Under the pieces are notes generated by a model that did not search any database, was not told where the DNA came from, and saw nothing but the letters and a program-made list of their open reading frames with translations. A program made the translations under genes and the position numbers. DNA of 63,936 nucleotides, filler included, from Kipferlia bialata (Eukaryota): NCBI GenBank assembly GCA_003568945.1. It is 5 parts of 5 records of this genome, joined end to end, with 100 filler letters (N's around TTAATTAATTAA, not from the genome) between each part and the next. Parts side by side here need not be neighbours in the genome. Positions count along the whole stretch, not along the records: positions 24,640 to 41,140 come from BDIP01000223.1; positions 41,241 to 48,163 come from BDIP01000232.1; positions 48,264 to 54,916 come from BDIP01000234.1; 2 more parts are not named here. One strand, given 5' to 3'. The stretch's first letter is position 1, and each line of letters starts with the position of its first letter. Below are positions 37,385 through 49,649 of the stretch, in pieces.

Positions 37385-40300
37385 ATGGCCAACATCCCCA
37401 ACCCCCGTCGCATACCCTGGAATGACCCGTATAGAGATGTCATCGACCAGGTGGGTGAGAGGGAGTAGTGGCATCTATATATAGTATGAATTAGAACTCA
37501 CTTTGACATGTGACTCACTGTTGTATATGGTTGTCCCAACCAGTGAGGTATTGCCTTCATGTGTGTCGATATGTAGAGTGTGGGGTGAAAGATATATTAA
37601 TGTGGAGCAATCTAGTACAGATAGGCCTGTTTGGTAACTGTACTCCATTCCAGTGCACATTGTGACATATACCCACCATGTACACATATGTTGATATACA
37701 CCCCCTCACCCTCAGGAGGCCATCTGGATCACTCTGAACTCCACCATCCAGATCATGGGGCTGATTGACACTGGGATGGATGTGGACAATAGCGTAGACT
37801 GGTGGGTCAAGTCTTCACTCTCTTTCTCTCTCTCTCGCTCTCTCTATTACCCCTTAGTCCAGTCTGCAGACAGCCGTAGATGTGGTTCTGAGTCGCTATC
37901 CTGTTCTCTCCCTTGAGGTTGTACCCAACGACATTGGCACATATTCATATAGACCGAGAAAGGAGCCACTCAAGTTAGGTGAGTGGGTTCTCTCTCTCTC
38001 TCTCTCCCTCTCTGTCTCTTTCTATTGCGGACGTAGCAAATAGCCACAAAGGACTGGTGGATACTCCCTCAAGTGTTTTCAGTCGCCATAAGACTACTAC
38101 ACTGTGTTCACCTTCTCTCTTCCTTTCTCTCTCTCTCTCACCCCTCAGACCTTGTCCATGACTACTACACCTCCCCCCCTGTGTCCACCATGTCTGAGTA
38201 TGACTCTGTCCTGGCATACCCTGTCCCTGGGTACCAGGCACCCAAGGACGGGGTGTCAAGGTGGGGGCTAGTAGTATAGTACACTATTTGTATGTGATAA
38301 TAATTGTGTGGGATAGGGATGGTATCCCATATACAACATCGTGAGTGTCTAGACCAATACCCACTCTCAGACTGTTCCATGTCAAGTTGGTTCGGTTCGA
38401 GGTGCCTGATGATCCTGACCCCGACTTCCTCACTGCCATAGATGGACACACACACGCACTGGTGGTGTCACTGCACCACATACTGGGTGGGGGCTATGTA
38501 CATATGTATATATTCTAGTGAACTCCCACTCTATATATGTATGCTCACTAGACAGGTGACGGCAACAGCACAGTGATATGCTGGGTACAGATATATACTA
38601 GCAGACTCCCACTATATGTATGTGTGTGTATTTACACTCACTTGACAGGTGATGGCAACAGCACAGTGATGCTCCTCAAGATGCTGGCTGAGCTCTGGAT
38701 CAGTGAAGGCCTGGATGCATGCCGCAAACCAAGGTGACCACTCTCTCTCTCATCGGATCCCATGCCAGTTCTCTCTCACAATATAGATAGTGTAATATAC
38801 TATACATTGTGTATATGATGTCCTCACTCTAGGCAGGCCGGCACTGTGTGGAGCAACATGTACTGCCCAGGTGGTGTGCCTACCATAACACTACCCACAG
38901 AGGGCTCCCTTGCAGCGACACTCAGGTATAGATTGCACATATCACACAGTGATTAACACGTTCCACTACCTCACTCAAACCCCACCACATTTCTCACCGT
39001 AGTGGTACAAAACTGGACTCCAACCCAATTGAGGAGGTATGGGCGATCTTTATTGGGAGTTGATAGATACCTTGGCAGTGATTCTATCGCTGTTACCCAC
39101 GCACGTCCCCACTGCAACAAGATACTGAGTGTTGCGGATAGACAACCGAATCTGAGATTCATGACAACTCTCTTATATCAGCGCACCCCCTCCTGCGTGA
39201 CTGCTGCTGTGCCTGTGTCACACCTCAGCCAGGCCAGGGTGTATGACTACCCCCTCACAGGTACGTGGTATAACCACTCTCGTACAGATACATGTACATA
39301 CTTGTGTGCACCCAGGGTGTAATCTGTATGTGTGTAAACTTTACCCCATAGACACCCTTGGAGGAGTCTTGCTGGCCGTGACTGGTGCCCAAATCCTGAA
39401 TGAGAGGAAGAGGGATGGAGATGAGACAACTGACATGACACTCAGGTTGGGTCTCATACCTACAATAATGTCTTTCTCTTCCTCTGACCCTTCTAGGATG
39501 TGGCTCCCCAGTGACGTCCAGCCCATACTCAGGGCACAGAGACCTGACTTACCTGACATAGGGGGGCTGGTGTCCAATGCAGCCAGTGGGGGGAGGGGGC
39601 AGGTGCGGGGTTCAGACACTACATCACTATGTATCGGATGTATACACAGTGTGTGCTGTGTCTCACTCATTCTATCCCTGCCACTCGAGCATACTATATG
39701 TGAATGAATAGTATATTGCATTGTGCGACAGGCTCCTTCCGTGCCACCCCAAGCACATACATATACAACATAGTGGTATGCTCTTTATACTTAGAGATAT
39801 GCGCCATAGTCTTACTCCAGATCCATGCCACCCCCACCACCACAGTAGAGGCTGTGTGCCAGGCAGTCAATGCAGGGAGGGAGAGGGAGAAGGTACACTC
39901 ATTGATACATACCTGGTCTATCATACTGATGCAAAAGCCATCCCTTGTCTCCCGCCATTTACCACCTCCACATCCAAGGGTGACATGGCACCATACACAC
40001 AAACTGTATTCAAAAGATATTACATATTCTGTGTATGTGTGCTATACATATGCTTTGCATACACCTCCCCCCAGGCCACCTCCACCCCCACCTTCTGGGC
40101 TGTGACCAAGGCACTGCTGAGCAAGGGGGTCCAGACATCTGTCAGGTATGGTATTCCTGCGATATTCATGTACTCTCATGTATTCATAAATGTATGTATG
40201 CCCTGACCCCAGCCCTGATATCAACTCCCAGACCTGTGTCTTCAGCAACCTGGGAAGGGTGGACCTGCCCTACCCACTCGCAGAGGTGGGGTGCATATAT

Positions 40301-40897
40301 ATATATGAATGAAGATAGTAGTAGAGTAGTACAATTGTGCCTGTGTTTGCAGCGTGTCAGTGAGTCATACGCTAACCACCCTTGGTTTAACCGAGAGGGA
40401 TGTTAACCCCCAGATCACAGGCTGTGTCTTCTCCAGGGGTGTTGGCAAGTATGTAGTGGGGGCCATGAACACGAGGTGATATATTCAGAGTTTTTGGATA
40501 TACACATATGCTTCTGTTTCACTCCCATCTCACGGCAGGGGTAGCAGCACTGTAAGCCTCACCTTCTCCTACTCCCAGCCCTTCTTCTCCAGGGACATGG
40601 GTGCGTGTTGGTTATCTTACGTGTATGCTTCCAGTATAGTGTCTATGTGGTGGGTAGACTCTCTGTCCCAGTTGTCTTAATGTGGTTTCTTACCTTCAGC
40701 CATTGCCCACAGGGATGCCTTCCTAAAGACTCTGCCGTGGGTCAGAGACAACCCGAAGGTAGCATATTCGATACACATGATATGGGCGATACCATATACC
40801 ATAGATCATACACTCTTCTGTTGAGACACATAGGTGAAGCATTTACTAACTCCAGGCCACTCTGCAAGACCTTGCTCTGTTCCTTGAGACTCTGTGA
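37385..40897 (+). CDS. Stand-alone CoA-dependent acyltransferase of the condensation-domain/PapA5/alcohol acetyltransferase fold
   Basis: Spliced motif ALVVSLHHIL|GDGNS (HHxxxDG); N-terminal LQTAVDVVLSRYPVLS; C-terminal FSNLGRVD; terminal exon ATLQDLALFLETL*. Confidence 0.78.
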
Positions 40898-41184
40898 TGA
40901 TGTTAGGATGATGGGAGGTTGAAGACAGTTGTGTGGGTGTATGAGTATATGTGAATATGGAATTGACCACCCGGACAAGAGGTGGCACGTGTAGAATGAG
41001 AATTTTGCGGGAATAGTAGAATATGTGAGTATGAAACAAGTATTGGGATTGTTGTCGCTATGGTAGAGTCACTATCAGTGACTTATTTTCATTCTCAGTT
41101 TTTTATTACGAGGGGGCGGCCGCCTTGGCTATTTGAAAATNNNNNNNNNNNNNNNNNNNNNNNNNNNNNNNNNNNNNNNNNNNN

Positions 41185-41196
41185 TTAATTAATTAA
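41185..41196. other. Artificial scaffold linker
   Basis: TTAATTAATTAA within N runs. Confidence 0.95.
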
Positions 41197-41251
41197 NNNN
41201 NNNNNNNNNNNNNNNNNNNNNNNNNNNNNNNNNNNNNNNNTGTGGGAAAAA

Positions 41252-41284
<33 letters not shown>

Positions 41285-41495
41285 ACTGAGGATGTGGATT
41301 CAGTAAATTCACTCCAGTGTGAGAGAGAGTGCGTGTGTATAGACAATCACTGGGAGATAGCTAGGCAGTATATATAGTATGTACATAATATACACATACA
41401 TACTCACATGATTGAGTTCCTCAGCTTCATCATCTCATGTAGTATCCCACATACCATATGCATACATATACATATATATATACTGGTATACTCAC

Positions 41496-42462
41496 ATGAT
41501 TGAGTTCCTCAGCTTCATCATCTCGTGGGGGGTCAGGGCACCCCGGGTGTACTTGGAGGGGTGCCTACAGTGAGATAGGTATCTATATATATATATATAG
41601 GTATATATATAGGGAGGGAGAAAATGGGTGAGAGAGAGAGAATGGGGAGACCCCGGGTGTACTTGGAGGGATGCCAAAAGTAAGACAAATGTGTTACTAT
41701 ATATATAAGGGGGAGAGACAGAGATATAATGGAGGGTCAGAACACTAACAATATATATATATGTCTGGTGATGTACCTTGGCAGCCACAGCAGAATGTCC
41801 CATAGATATACAAGTATATGTTCAACATATGTAAATATAACCACATAGACTATTAGAGAGACATTCATATTCATCATACCTTGGCAGCCACAGCAGTATG
41901 TCTCCTGGTATATATACACATACATATGAAGCATATCAATACATATACATGTATATACATACGATAGAGGTGTATAGATATTCATACCTTGGCAGCCACA
42001 GCAGCATGTCGCTTGTTATACCAAATACAAAAGGTACTATATAAGGTACTCTATAGACATACTATAATAATATATCGACATATACATATATATACATATA
42101 TGTATGTACCTTGGCAGCCACAGCAGCATGTCTCCTCTGCGCCGCACATTGGTCTGGGGGTGAGAAGATGACAGAATATATAGTGTATATAGTATATATA
42201 TATATATAAGATAACACAGTATATAGAGTATACATAGTGTCTCCTCTGCGCCTCACATTGGTCTGGGGGTGAGATACTCATGGGAAGATAACGGTGAGAT
42301 AGTATGAAATAATGGGAATAGATGGGAAGCCGGTGCAGGGGGAGGGGAGGGAGGGTAATACAAAACTCATATACACACATATATTCCCACCTGGTGGAAT
42401 GTCCTGATGGATGGGAATGCCGTCCTCAGCTCATTCACAACCTGCTTGTAGTCCTTGCCGTT
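41496..42462 (-). CDS. Internal exons of a hypothetical protein, possibly Myb/SANT-like
   Basis: NGKDYKQVVNELRTAFPSIRTFHQ|TNVRRRGDMLLWLPR|HPSKYTRGALTPHEMMKLRNSI; only loose resemblance to a Myb repeat start. Confidence 0.45.
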
Positions 42463-42705
42463 CTAGAGTTAGATATATGTATACATATATATACACATAT
42501 ACTATACTATACTGAGAGGGAGAGAGAGACAGGGAGAGAGAGACCACCTGCGTTTAGTCCTTGCCATTCTAGAGTTAGAGAGAGATAGTAAGAGTCATAT
42601 CTACCTAGATAGATATAGATAGATATACAGAGAGAGAGAGAGACAGAGAGAGGATAGTGAGAGGGAGAGAGCTGTAACTGAGGGGGGGCCAACGGGTTGG
42701 GGAAA

Positions 42706-42744
<39 letters not shown>

Positions 42745-42812
42745 TCATGGACACTGGAACCTACTAATACATTTGTATATGTGCTAGTACACTGCATGGA
42801 TAGTGTCCGTAC

Positions 42813-42974
42813 CAGTGTGCATCTTGAGTCAAGGCTGGTCCCCTCGGCATAGTAGGGGTCAATGTGGGCGTCGGTGATCTGCACAATGTACCCAGAGCCC
42901 CCTGACGTGGCCAGAGCCACCACGGCTGACGCCACAGCGGCCAGCACATACATGACCAGTGTGGGATGACCCAT
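42813..42974 (-). CDS. First exon of a secreted metallophosphoesterase (acid sphingomyelinase-like/endopolyphosphatase family)
   Basis: Signal-peptide-like N-terminus then YIVQITDAHIDPYY (DxHxD metal motif). Confidence 0.75.
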
Positions 42975-43382
42975 CTTTGAAGGTCTAACTGAAGAGAGAG
43001 AGAGGGCATGAGTCATGCCGCATGACATGGCACTGATTTCTGTTTTTGTTCTTAGAAATCTACACCCCTTTTCAACCGTTGATTAGACCTGTCATACGTC
43101 AAGCTTCTCTTTAAGCCTGTGTGTCTATGCGTCTGGAGGCTACCTTTGAGTGTGCGGGGCATATACTGAAGTCTGGGTGGGAGGGCTTCCTCACCTATGT
43201 GCTGACTGACATCCTCCACTTGCCAGCTGAGCACCCAAAGCAGGTGCCCTCACTCACTCTCTATCTCTCTATCTGTCTTTTGCATATATAAATGAAGTGG
43301 TTATCCTCCATATCTTAGCAGAGCGCACCAGTATGGTTCTCCCCCTCTCCCCACTCCCACCCCTCTCTCTCTCTCTCTTTCT

Positions 43383-46300
43383 ATGGTACACCTAGCCAGA
43401 GTGTTGTACAGTGTCCCGGGTGAAGACCCCCTCCCAACCACCCATTCCGTCTGTTCGAGTGTAATTATGTATAGTCTTCTCTTCTGATCACACTATGACC
43501 TGCGATACATAAAGCCCTTTTGTGGTCGTACCTCCCAGCGTATTGTGTCACTATACTCTCTCTCACTCCCTCTCTCTCTCTCTCATACCAGATCGACACT
43601 GTCAAGCGTCTTCTGGAGTACAACGTAGCTATATATGTATATATTGCATATAAGTATATAGACGTATACCTGTATGTTCTCTCTATTGCCAGGTCGACAC
43701 TGTCAAGCATCTTCTGGAGCTCTCTCTCTCTCTCTCTCTCTCCCTCCCCCTCTCTCTCTCTCTAACCTCTAGATTGACACTGTCAAGCACCTCCTCGAGT
43801 ACAACGTGCCAGGGGGCAAGGGGTTCAGGGCACTCCTCTCCATATACTCCTTCCTGTGCTATGTGGATGGGTGCGTAGTGTTCACTCTACATATCAATTC
43901 ATTGTACATTTGTATGTTTTATGTTCCCTTATACTCCTTCCTGTGCCATGTGGATGGGTAAGTCGGCCTATTACATACAATACTGTCTTAAAGCATGTAT
44001 ATTGTGTATTCATAGGTAGGTAATCTTGCTTTGCACATATATATTCTCTTATGATTGTGTCTTCCTCGTCGTTAATGTATTATTGTTATATTATTTGGTA
44101 ATTTGATATGCTCTGGAGGCACTCGTCGATATCTAGTCATATGGTCTCACCCCCTCTCACCCCCTAGCCTTGTGGAGGGTGGTCTCGAGGGGTTCTCCAG
44201 GCACTTCCCGGTGGACGAGGTACTACACTTATATGTATGTATATATATATATATAGATACACACCCATATATTCAATATATATATTATCTACTATGAGTG
44301 AGGACGAGGTAACACATGTTTGACTCTCAAGATTCCTATGCATATGTTTATTCTGGTCACTAGTCTCTGTTCTTCTTCTTCCCCCATGTCTCTTGAGAAA
44401 CACACACACATATATATTTATATATACCTTCACCCCAGACCATAGCCGACCTGTCCCGCCTTGGCTGGATGCACGAGACACTCCAGAGTGCATTCCTCGT
44501 GATAGACGATGTGCTCGACAATGCAGGTATATTATACTTTGATATTTATTATATATATATATTATTATATACTAGTATAGTATTATTATACTGTCAATAT
44601 ACGAATCTATATTGTTATTGAGAGAATGCCCTTGTATTTATTCATGTTCCCTTTATTAGCACTTTGTTAGTATAACAATTGAGAGACTATGCCCTTCTCA
44701 CTTCCAGGCACCCGTCGCAGCAAGCCCTCCTGGCATGTCATGAAGGTATTCTTACACCTGTCTCATTTCTTTGTTCCAGGGTCTCTCTCTATAATTCCAT
44801 TCTTTTGTGACATGTAGACTCAATCATCCCTCACCCCCAGGGCCCAGGCCGTGCTGGCTTCGATGGGTTCATCCTCAAGGGCGTTTCGTCCCAGGTACCT
44901 GGAGTATTTAATAGTATATCTCTTGTGTTGTTTTCTTTCACATATATATATATGCGTCTCCTTCCTCACCCCCAGGTTGCCTCTGACCTTGAGAGGAGGT
45001 GCAGTGCTACTGGACTCCTGCAGGTATGAGAGACCCATGCGAACGACAGGACATGTATAGTATACCCTCTTATGTATAGTATTTCGTATATTTAGACCTT
45101 GAGAGGAGGTGCAGCTGGACTGCTACAGATGAGGCAACACTATATATTATTGGTATATAGTTCTATGTAATTGATTACTCACCCCCAGGTCCTTGAGCAC
45201 GTGTGCATGCGTACATGCATGGGAGAGCTAGACGACACAGACCTCGCAGTCACAGGTATACATATGTATAATACTTGACGAAGTAAATAGTGATACCTCA
45301 TGTCATCAGGCTCCACCCTTGATGAGCTCCGCACTGCCTGCCCCCCCACCCTCATATATGTTATACTATACTATATGTGTTACTATATTCTAAATGTACC
45401 AATAACTGCATATTGTGTTAATTACTCACATACTACCCTTAGGTACTACCCTTGACGAGCTCCGCACTGCCTGCCCCCCCACCCTTGTTGACTCCATCCA
45501 CTACAACAAGACAGCCCTGTACACAGTGTGGTTCCCAATCCTCAGTGGTGTGCTTGTCGCACAGGTAGATATGCATATAAATGAACAGTGTCAACTCTCA
45601 TCATAGCGCTGTATATATGCTTTCTACTGACGTAGCGGTATCGTGAGACTTGCCCCACTAGTAGATATATCTCTCTTTCTCTCTCCTTGACATGCTGAGC
45701 TCTTTCCCCACCTCCCCCCCCCCCCCTCCACCTTCTCGCAATATATATGTATATATATATATCATAATGAACACTACTAACTACAGGGCATGCTGAGCTC
45801 TGTCCCCCACCTCACCCCCCGCACCCAGCACACCAAGTCTGTCTCCATGGACACATCCAGCCCTGTCGGTGGGGCACCTCTGCCTGAGAGGGTGCTCTGT
45901 GATGAGGAGACGACACCCAGGTAGGGTATATATCTACATATCATGATGTGTCAATGTGAATCATGTAGCATTCTATATTGATATTGTAAGATGAATATGA
46001 TGATTGCTAGACCCTAACCCCAGGCAGCTAGAGTCTCTCAACCTGTCCCAGGTCTGCATTGAGATTGGGCACTACTTCCAGATCCAGGATGACTATCTCG
46101 ATGTGTTTGGGGACAAGGTACGGCATATCTATCTGTATGTGGCATTAGATAGTTCCGTAGCTACACGTATATAACTGTATATGGTTGGTAACCCTCAGGC
46201 CGTGATGGGCAAGGACGGGTATGACATCAGCGTGTACACTGTGTCTATACAGTGTGTATATAACATATATATTAATTTGCATATATACTCTGTCTCTTAT

Positions 46301-47663
46301 GTACCAGGCCGTGATGGGCATGGACGGGTGTGACATCAGTATGTATATACATATATATATATGTATATACTATATATATACTATATATATATGTATGTAG
46401 TATCTATTCTAACCCTCAGGCCGTGATGGGCAAGGACGGGTGTGACATCAGAGAGGGCAAGGTGTCGTGGTGCCTGTCCACTATGCTGCATGGGTGCGAG
46501 GGGTACGAGGCCCAGGAGCTGACAGGTATAGTTGAATATATATATATATATATTTATATATATAGTATAGTATATATATATACATATATGCATAGTGGTG
46601 CCTGTCCACTATGCTGCACGGGTGCGAGGGGTACGAGGCCCAAGAACTGACAGGTATAGATGCATGTATATATGCATATAGTATATATATATACATATAT
46701 GCATAGTGGTGCCTGTCCACTATGCTGCATGGGTGCGAGGGGTACGAGGCCCAAGAACTGACAGGTATACAGACACATATTTTTACTATATAATGTATTT
46801 ATGCTGATCTCTCACCCCAGACGCCGAGGTGTCTCTCTTTGCCTCCACCTATGGCAGGGGGCCTCCCCCTATATTATGTATATATATATGTATTGTATTT
46901 CTATGTATATACCTCTCACCCCAGACACCGAGGTATCACTCTTTGCCTCCACCTATGGCAGGGGGTCCAGTCCAGCCAAGGAGGACGTGGACGCAGTGAG
47001 GAAGGTATGTTACTTGAATGTGCAAGAGAATAAGGTAGCATGTATATATGTATTGCAGGGGAAGGTCAAGGAGGACGTGGACGCAGTCAGAAAGGTATAT
47101 AAGTAGAATGTCATTTATACACTATACATGAGTATGTATTTGTTTTGCAGGGTCCGGCCAAGGAGGACGTGGACGCAGTGAGGAAGGTAAGAAATAGTGT
47201 ATCCACCTCTTGTCAGGTTATCAGGTTATGACTTAGGAGAATCTCTGAGTGTATGTGGACCATTAGTTTGTATATACCACTTTCCCCCCCTCTCTTATTG
47301 TATATATGTACACTGACTCTAGGTCATGACTGACAGAGGCATCCCAGAGGTCTATGCACAAGTGAGCAAGAGGTGAGACAACCGTATAGCTACATTGTCT
47401 TGTGATCAGTTACCCTTTATGTACAGTTTCATTTGCAGTCTGACTTATATAATACAAGGTACCAGCGTGACACATCCGCCGCTGTGCATGCCCTGTTCCC
47501 TGCCTTATATGTATACTGTATTTATATACTATATGTGCATACTGCCTATAAATTGACTTCTAGGTACCAGAAGGACATTGCAGCTGCTGTGCTTGCCCTC
47601 CATCCTGCCCTCCAGCCACCCCTGACACTCTTCCTCAGAAAGCTGGAGGGGAGGAAGATGTGA
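43383..47663 (+). CDS. FPPS-type trans-prenyl diphosphate synthase (start codon uncertain)
   Basis: LLEYNVPGGKGFR; FARM QSAFLVIDDVLDNA|GTRRSKPSW; YNKTALYT; SARM IGHYFQIQDDYLDVFGD; GKDGCDIREGKVSW; basic C-terminus EGRKM*. Confidence 0.92.
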
Positions 47664-48207
47664 TATACATCATTGTATTGTATACAAAGTGTCTCTTCAG
47701 CCCCTTCCCCTGACACTCTTCCTGAGGAAGCTGGAGGGGAGGAAGATGTAGATGTAGATGGTAGTAATAGACGTGAATGATAGATGAGTCAATGCAATGT
47801 TTTAGGGCTTTGTTGCAACCTCTGGAACTATTTATAAATAACAGAAGGAGAAAGGAGTTGCGACAGTCGCCCCTGCTACAGGCAGTAGAGTATTCCTCGG
47901 GGAGTAAAGGGGAATGTGTCAGAAGTACAATTGGGTATAGTATCAACGATGAATTGTCACTGTGACGAGATATTTAGTGGAACTGGCCCTCTATGAGCAC
48001 CATAGGACCCCAATGAAAGTCTGAACTATCTCCTTAAGGTTAGAAGGCAGAGAGGAACGAGACTGGCAGAGAGGGGAATGAATGAGTGAGTATACATATG
48101 GGGTATATGGGGAGTGAGAGAGGGGGGGGGGGGGGGGGGGGGGAGGGGGGGACAGCCCCCCGGNNNNNNNNNNNNNNNNNNNNNNNNNNNNNNNNNNNNN
48201 NNNNNNN

Positions 48208-48219
48208 TTAATTAATTAA
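48208..48219. other. Artificial scaffold linker
   Basis: TTAATTAATTAA within N runs. Confidence 0.95.
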
Positions 48220-48263
48220 NNNNNNNNNNNNNNNNNNNNNNNNNNNNNNNNNNNNNNNNNNNN

Positions 48264-48519
48264 ACCTCTGTCTTCAGCGCCAAGAAGGGCGAGCTCCAGG
48301 TGTCTGCCGAGAGGGCCGTTCAGGAGGTACAGCACACACACACATCTAAATATAGATAAACACTCTCACTATTTCCCTTCTTCGCCTCCACCCTTACACC
48401 AGGGTGAGACTGTGGGCGAGGTTGTGTTCAGGGGACTCGACATCGCACCCGCCGTGCTCGCTGCCGGTGGCGATAGGGAGTTTGTGGTGGCCGTATCTGC
48501 CGATGAGGAGATGCAGTAG
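48264..48519 (+). CDS. Last two exons of a hypothetical protein
   Basis: TSVFSAKKGELQVSAERAVQE|GETVGEVVFRG…DEEMQ* with canonical intron. Confidence 0.6.
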
Positions 48520-49503
48520 TGTGGGTGCACCAGATGCAGGGTGGGGGCTGAGGTGATCCTGTCTGGAGGCTGCAGTACTGCTATCAGAGAGGGAACGAGG
48601 GACGAGACGAAGTGCTCCACGTTGTAATAGATGAATATTATACTAGCTGAGAGTGAAGGCACCTCGTCAGAGTATTACAAATATAGGTTTCGGCAGAGTA
48701 TCCGTTTACCTGTAAGTGACTGACTATCATTACTGGAGTCCAGTAACTGGACTAGTATTACTAGTCTAGTAATGATTTGTGCTGGCGAGCCCCAGCATTT
48801 CCAGTTGTTGCAGTCTGCCTTGAGGGCGGAAAGAACACGAGGCCACAAACACTCGTGTGGACTATACGGTGTAGAATTTGTTGTTGCAGAGAATTACCTG
48901 ATACGCCTACCTATCATGAGGAGCCTCCGTCAGTCTATAACGACTGACGTTACGATGCCATTTGCACCGTTGCGAATCGCAACTTGCGATAGTCCACTGT
49001 GACAGTGGACCACTGTTCCCCAACGCTTACTACTCGGGACTCTCTGGGTTGTGTCCCAGCGCTATATGGAAGTACCTTTCCATTTACCTCCAGGCCCTTG
49101 ACCAGGGCGATGGTAACCACAATAACAGTCAAATGTAATCGAGTTAAAGATGATTGAGTGAGTTATGATTGAGTGAGTCATAGAGAACTCTGAACTTCTC
49201 TGAAAGATTTAGGGTCCCTTTTGCTTGAGAAAGGAGATGATCCCTATGTCTAGTAGACATTGTCTACTGTGCGATGAGAGGCACCCTTCCCTTCGTTTGG
49301 GTCAGGGGTGAGATTTCTTGTGACCTCTTCCTTCAGTGTCTATATATCCTTTTGAAATAATCAACTCATACATGAAAGTCTTGATCTAGAGGATCCATGA
49401 AGAATACTATGAATTCCGATTTGGGTAAAAGTGATTCAGAATCCATTTTATTTCCCAGAATCCACGTCTTCATTCAAGTCTCAGTAAAATGGATTCCAAC
49501 CAG

Positions 49504-49530
49504 CCACACGATATGGCCCATATCGTGTGG
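49504..49530. repeat. Perfect 13-bp inverted repeat with 1-nt centre
   Basis: CCACACGATATGG-C-CCATATCGTGTGG. Confidence 0.95.
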
Positions 49531-49649
49531 AGTCCACACGAATACCCTTAAAGGGTAGAGTGCAAAAACACACTGTGGCCACGGAAAGGGCTTTAAAAGG
49601 GGGCTTTTAGGTGGTTCTGATGGCAAATATACTTAGATGTCCGTCAACG

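Noticed and set aside
41496..42974. Novel phosphoesterase-Myb fusion (likewise sulfurtransferase-LSM8 at ~55980)
   Set aside because: The join coincides with a long poly-G run; assembly chimera is more likely
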